Of a stretch of 64,000 nt of DNA, positions 63,950 to 64,000 are shown piece by piece (position 1 is the stretch's first letter; every line of letters starts with the position of its first letter). Source of the DNA: Eubacteriales bacterium (GTDB lineage Bacteria; Bacillota; Clostridia; Acetivibrionales; JANLFN01); assembly GCA_024655885.1 (NCBI GenBank), contig JANLFN010000005.1, positions 116,007-180,006 of the forward strand, read 5' to 3'. The translations under genes and the position numbers were made by a program. The notes beneath the pieces are model-generated. The model saw nothing but the letters and a program-made list of their open reading frames with translations, did no database searches and had not been told where the DNA came from.

Positions 63950-64000
63950 TACTAAGAGGAAGGATGAAACCGTAGGGGAGAACATAAAGAAAAGGTGGTG

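Noticed and set aside
1-64000. Search for CRISPR arrays, rRNA genes, intact IS/transposase, integrase-flanked prophage, retron/DGR-like reverse transcriptase, and toxin-antitoxin pairs
   Set aside because: No regularly spaced direct repeats, no rRNA-like sequence, no intact transposase or RT ORF, and no phage structural genes were seen. The xerD here is the housekeeping recombinase in its conserved spoIIM-xerD-deoB context. The only TA-like trace is the decayed MNT fragment at 23.8 kb.

Overview
This is a 64-kb chromosomal window from an anaerobic, spore-forming Firmicute (class Clostridia). The taxon call rests on gene content: spoIIM, a Spo0E-like gene, dacB-type PBP5, [FeFe]-hydrogenase genes and a CtsR box. 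GC is roughly mid-40s % by eye. All protein calls come from motif and architecture recognition in the supplied ORF translations; no database search was possible.

Most of the window is housekeeping:
- prfC, fabI, a cbpA-like J-protein gene with clpB, ltaE, lepB and a fadD-like gene
- a panD-panC-panB operon that also carries a PanG-like gene
- tRNA-Trp, proC, rnhA, nudF, spoIIM, xerD, deoB, pdp, hydG, hydE, a dac gene, trpS and scpA

Four regions stand out.
1. 4.1-14.6 kb is an [FeFe]-hydrogenase locus. A NuoE-like subunit, an unusual NuoF::GltD/NfnB-type fusion subunit and a HydA whose first H-cluster motif reads TSCSPGW are followed by a second module. That module holds a HydS-like (putative sensory) hydrogenase, two DRTGG proteins, an RsbW-type kinase, a PHP phosphoesterase, a second GHKL ATPase and a 2Fe-2S ferredoxin. 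It has no recognisable DNA-binding or sigma output. I rank it the best candidate for an uncharacterised signalling system.
2. 23.4-32.1 kb is a mosaic accessory island. It is bounded and punctuated by ~0.3-kb internally deleted RAYT/IS200-like (Y1 transposase) remnants. Their ~25-nt terminal unit also occurs as free-standing REP-like palindromes at 49-115 and 9759-9821. The island carries regulator/enzyme pairs, each followed by a decayed paralogue remnant, and one enzyme gene with sharply elevated GC.
3. 54-61.2 kb is a conserved but functionally undefined membrane MoxR module: membrane protein, DUF4129, DUF4350, MoxR, DUF58, SpoIIM-like, RDD.
4. A ~200-nt terminator-containing leader of unknown class lies upstream of hydG-hydE.

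No CRISPR array, rRNA or intact transposase was seen.
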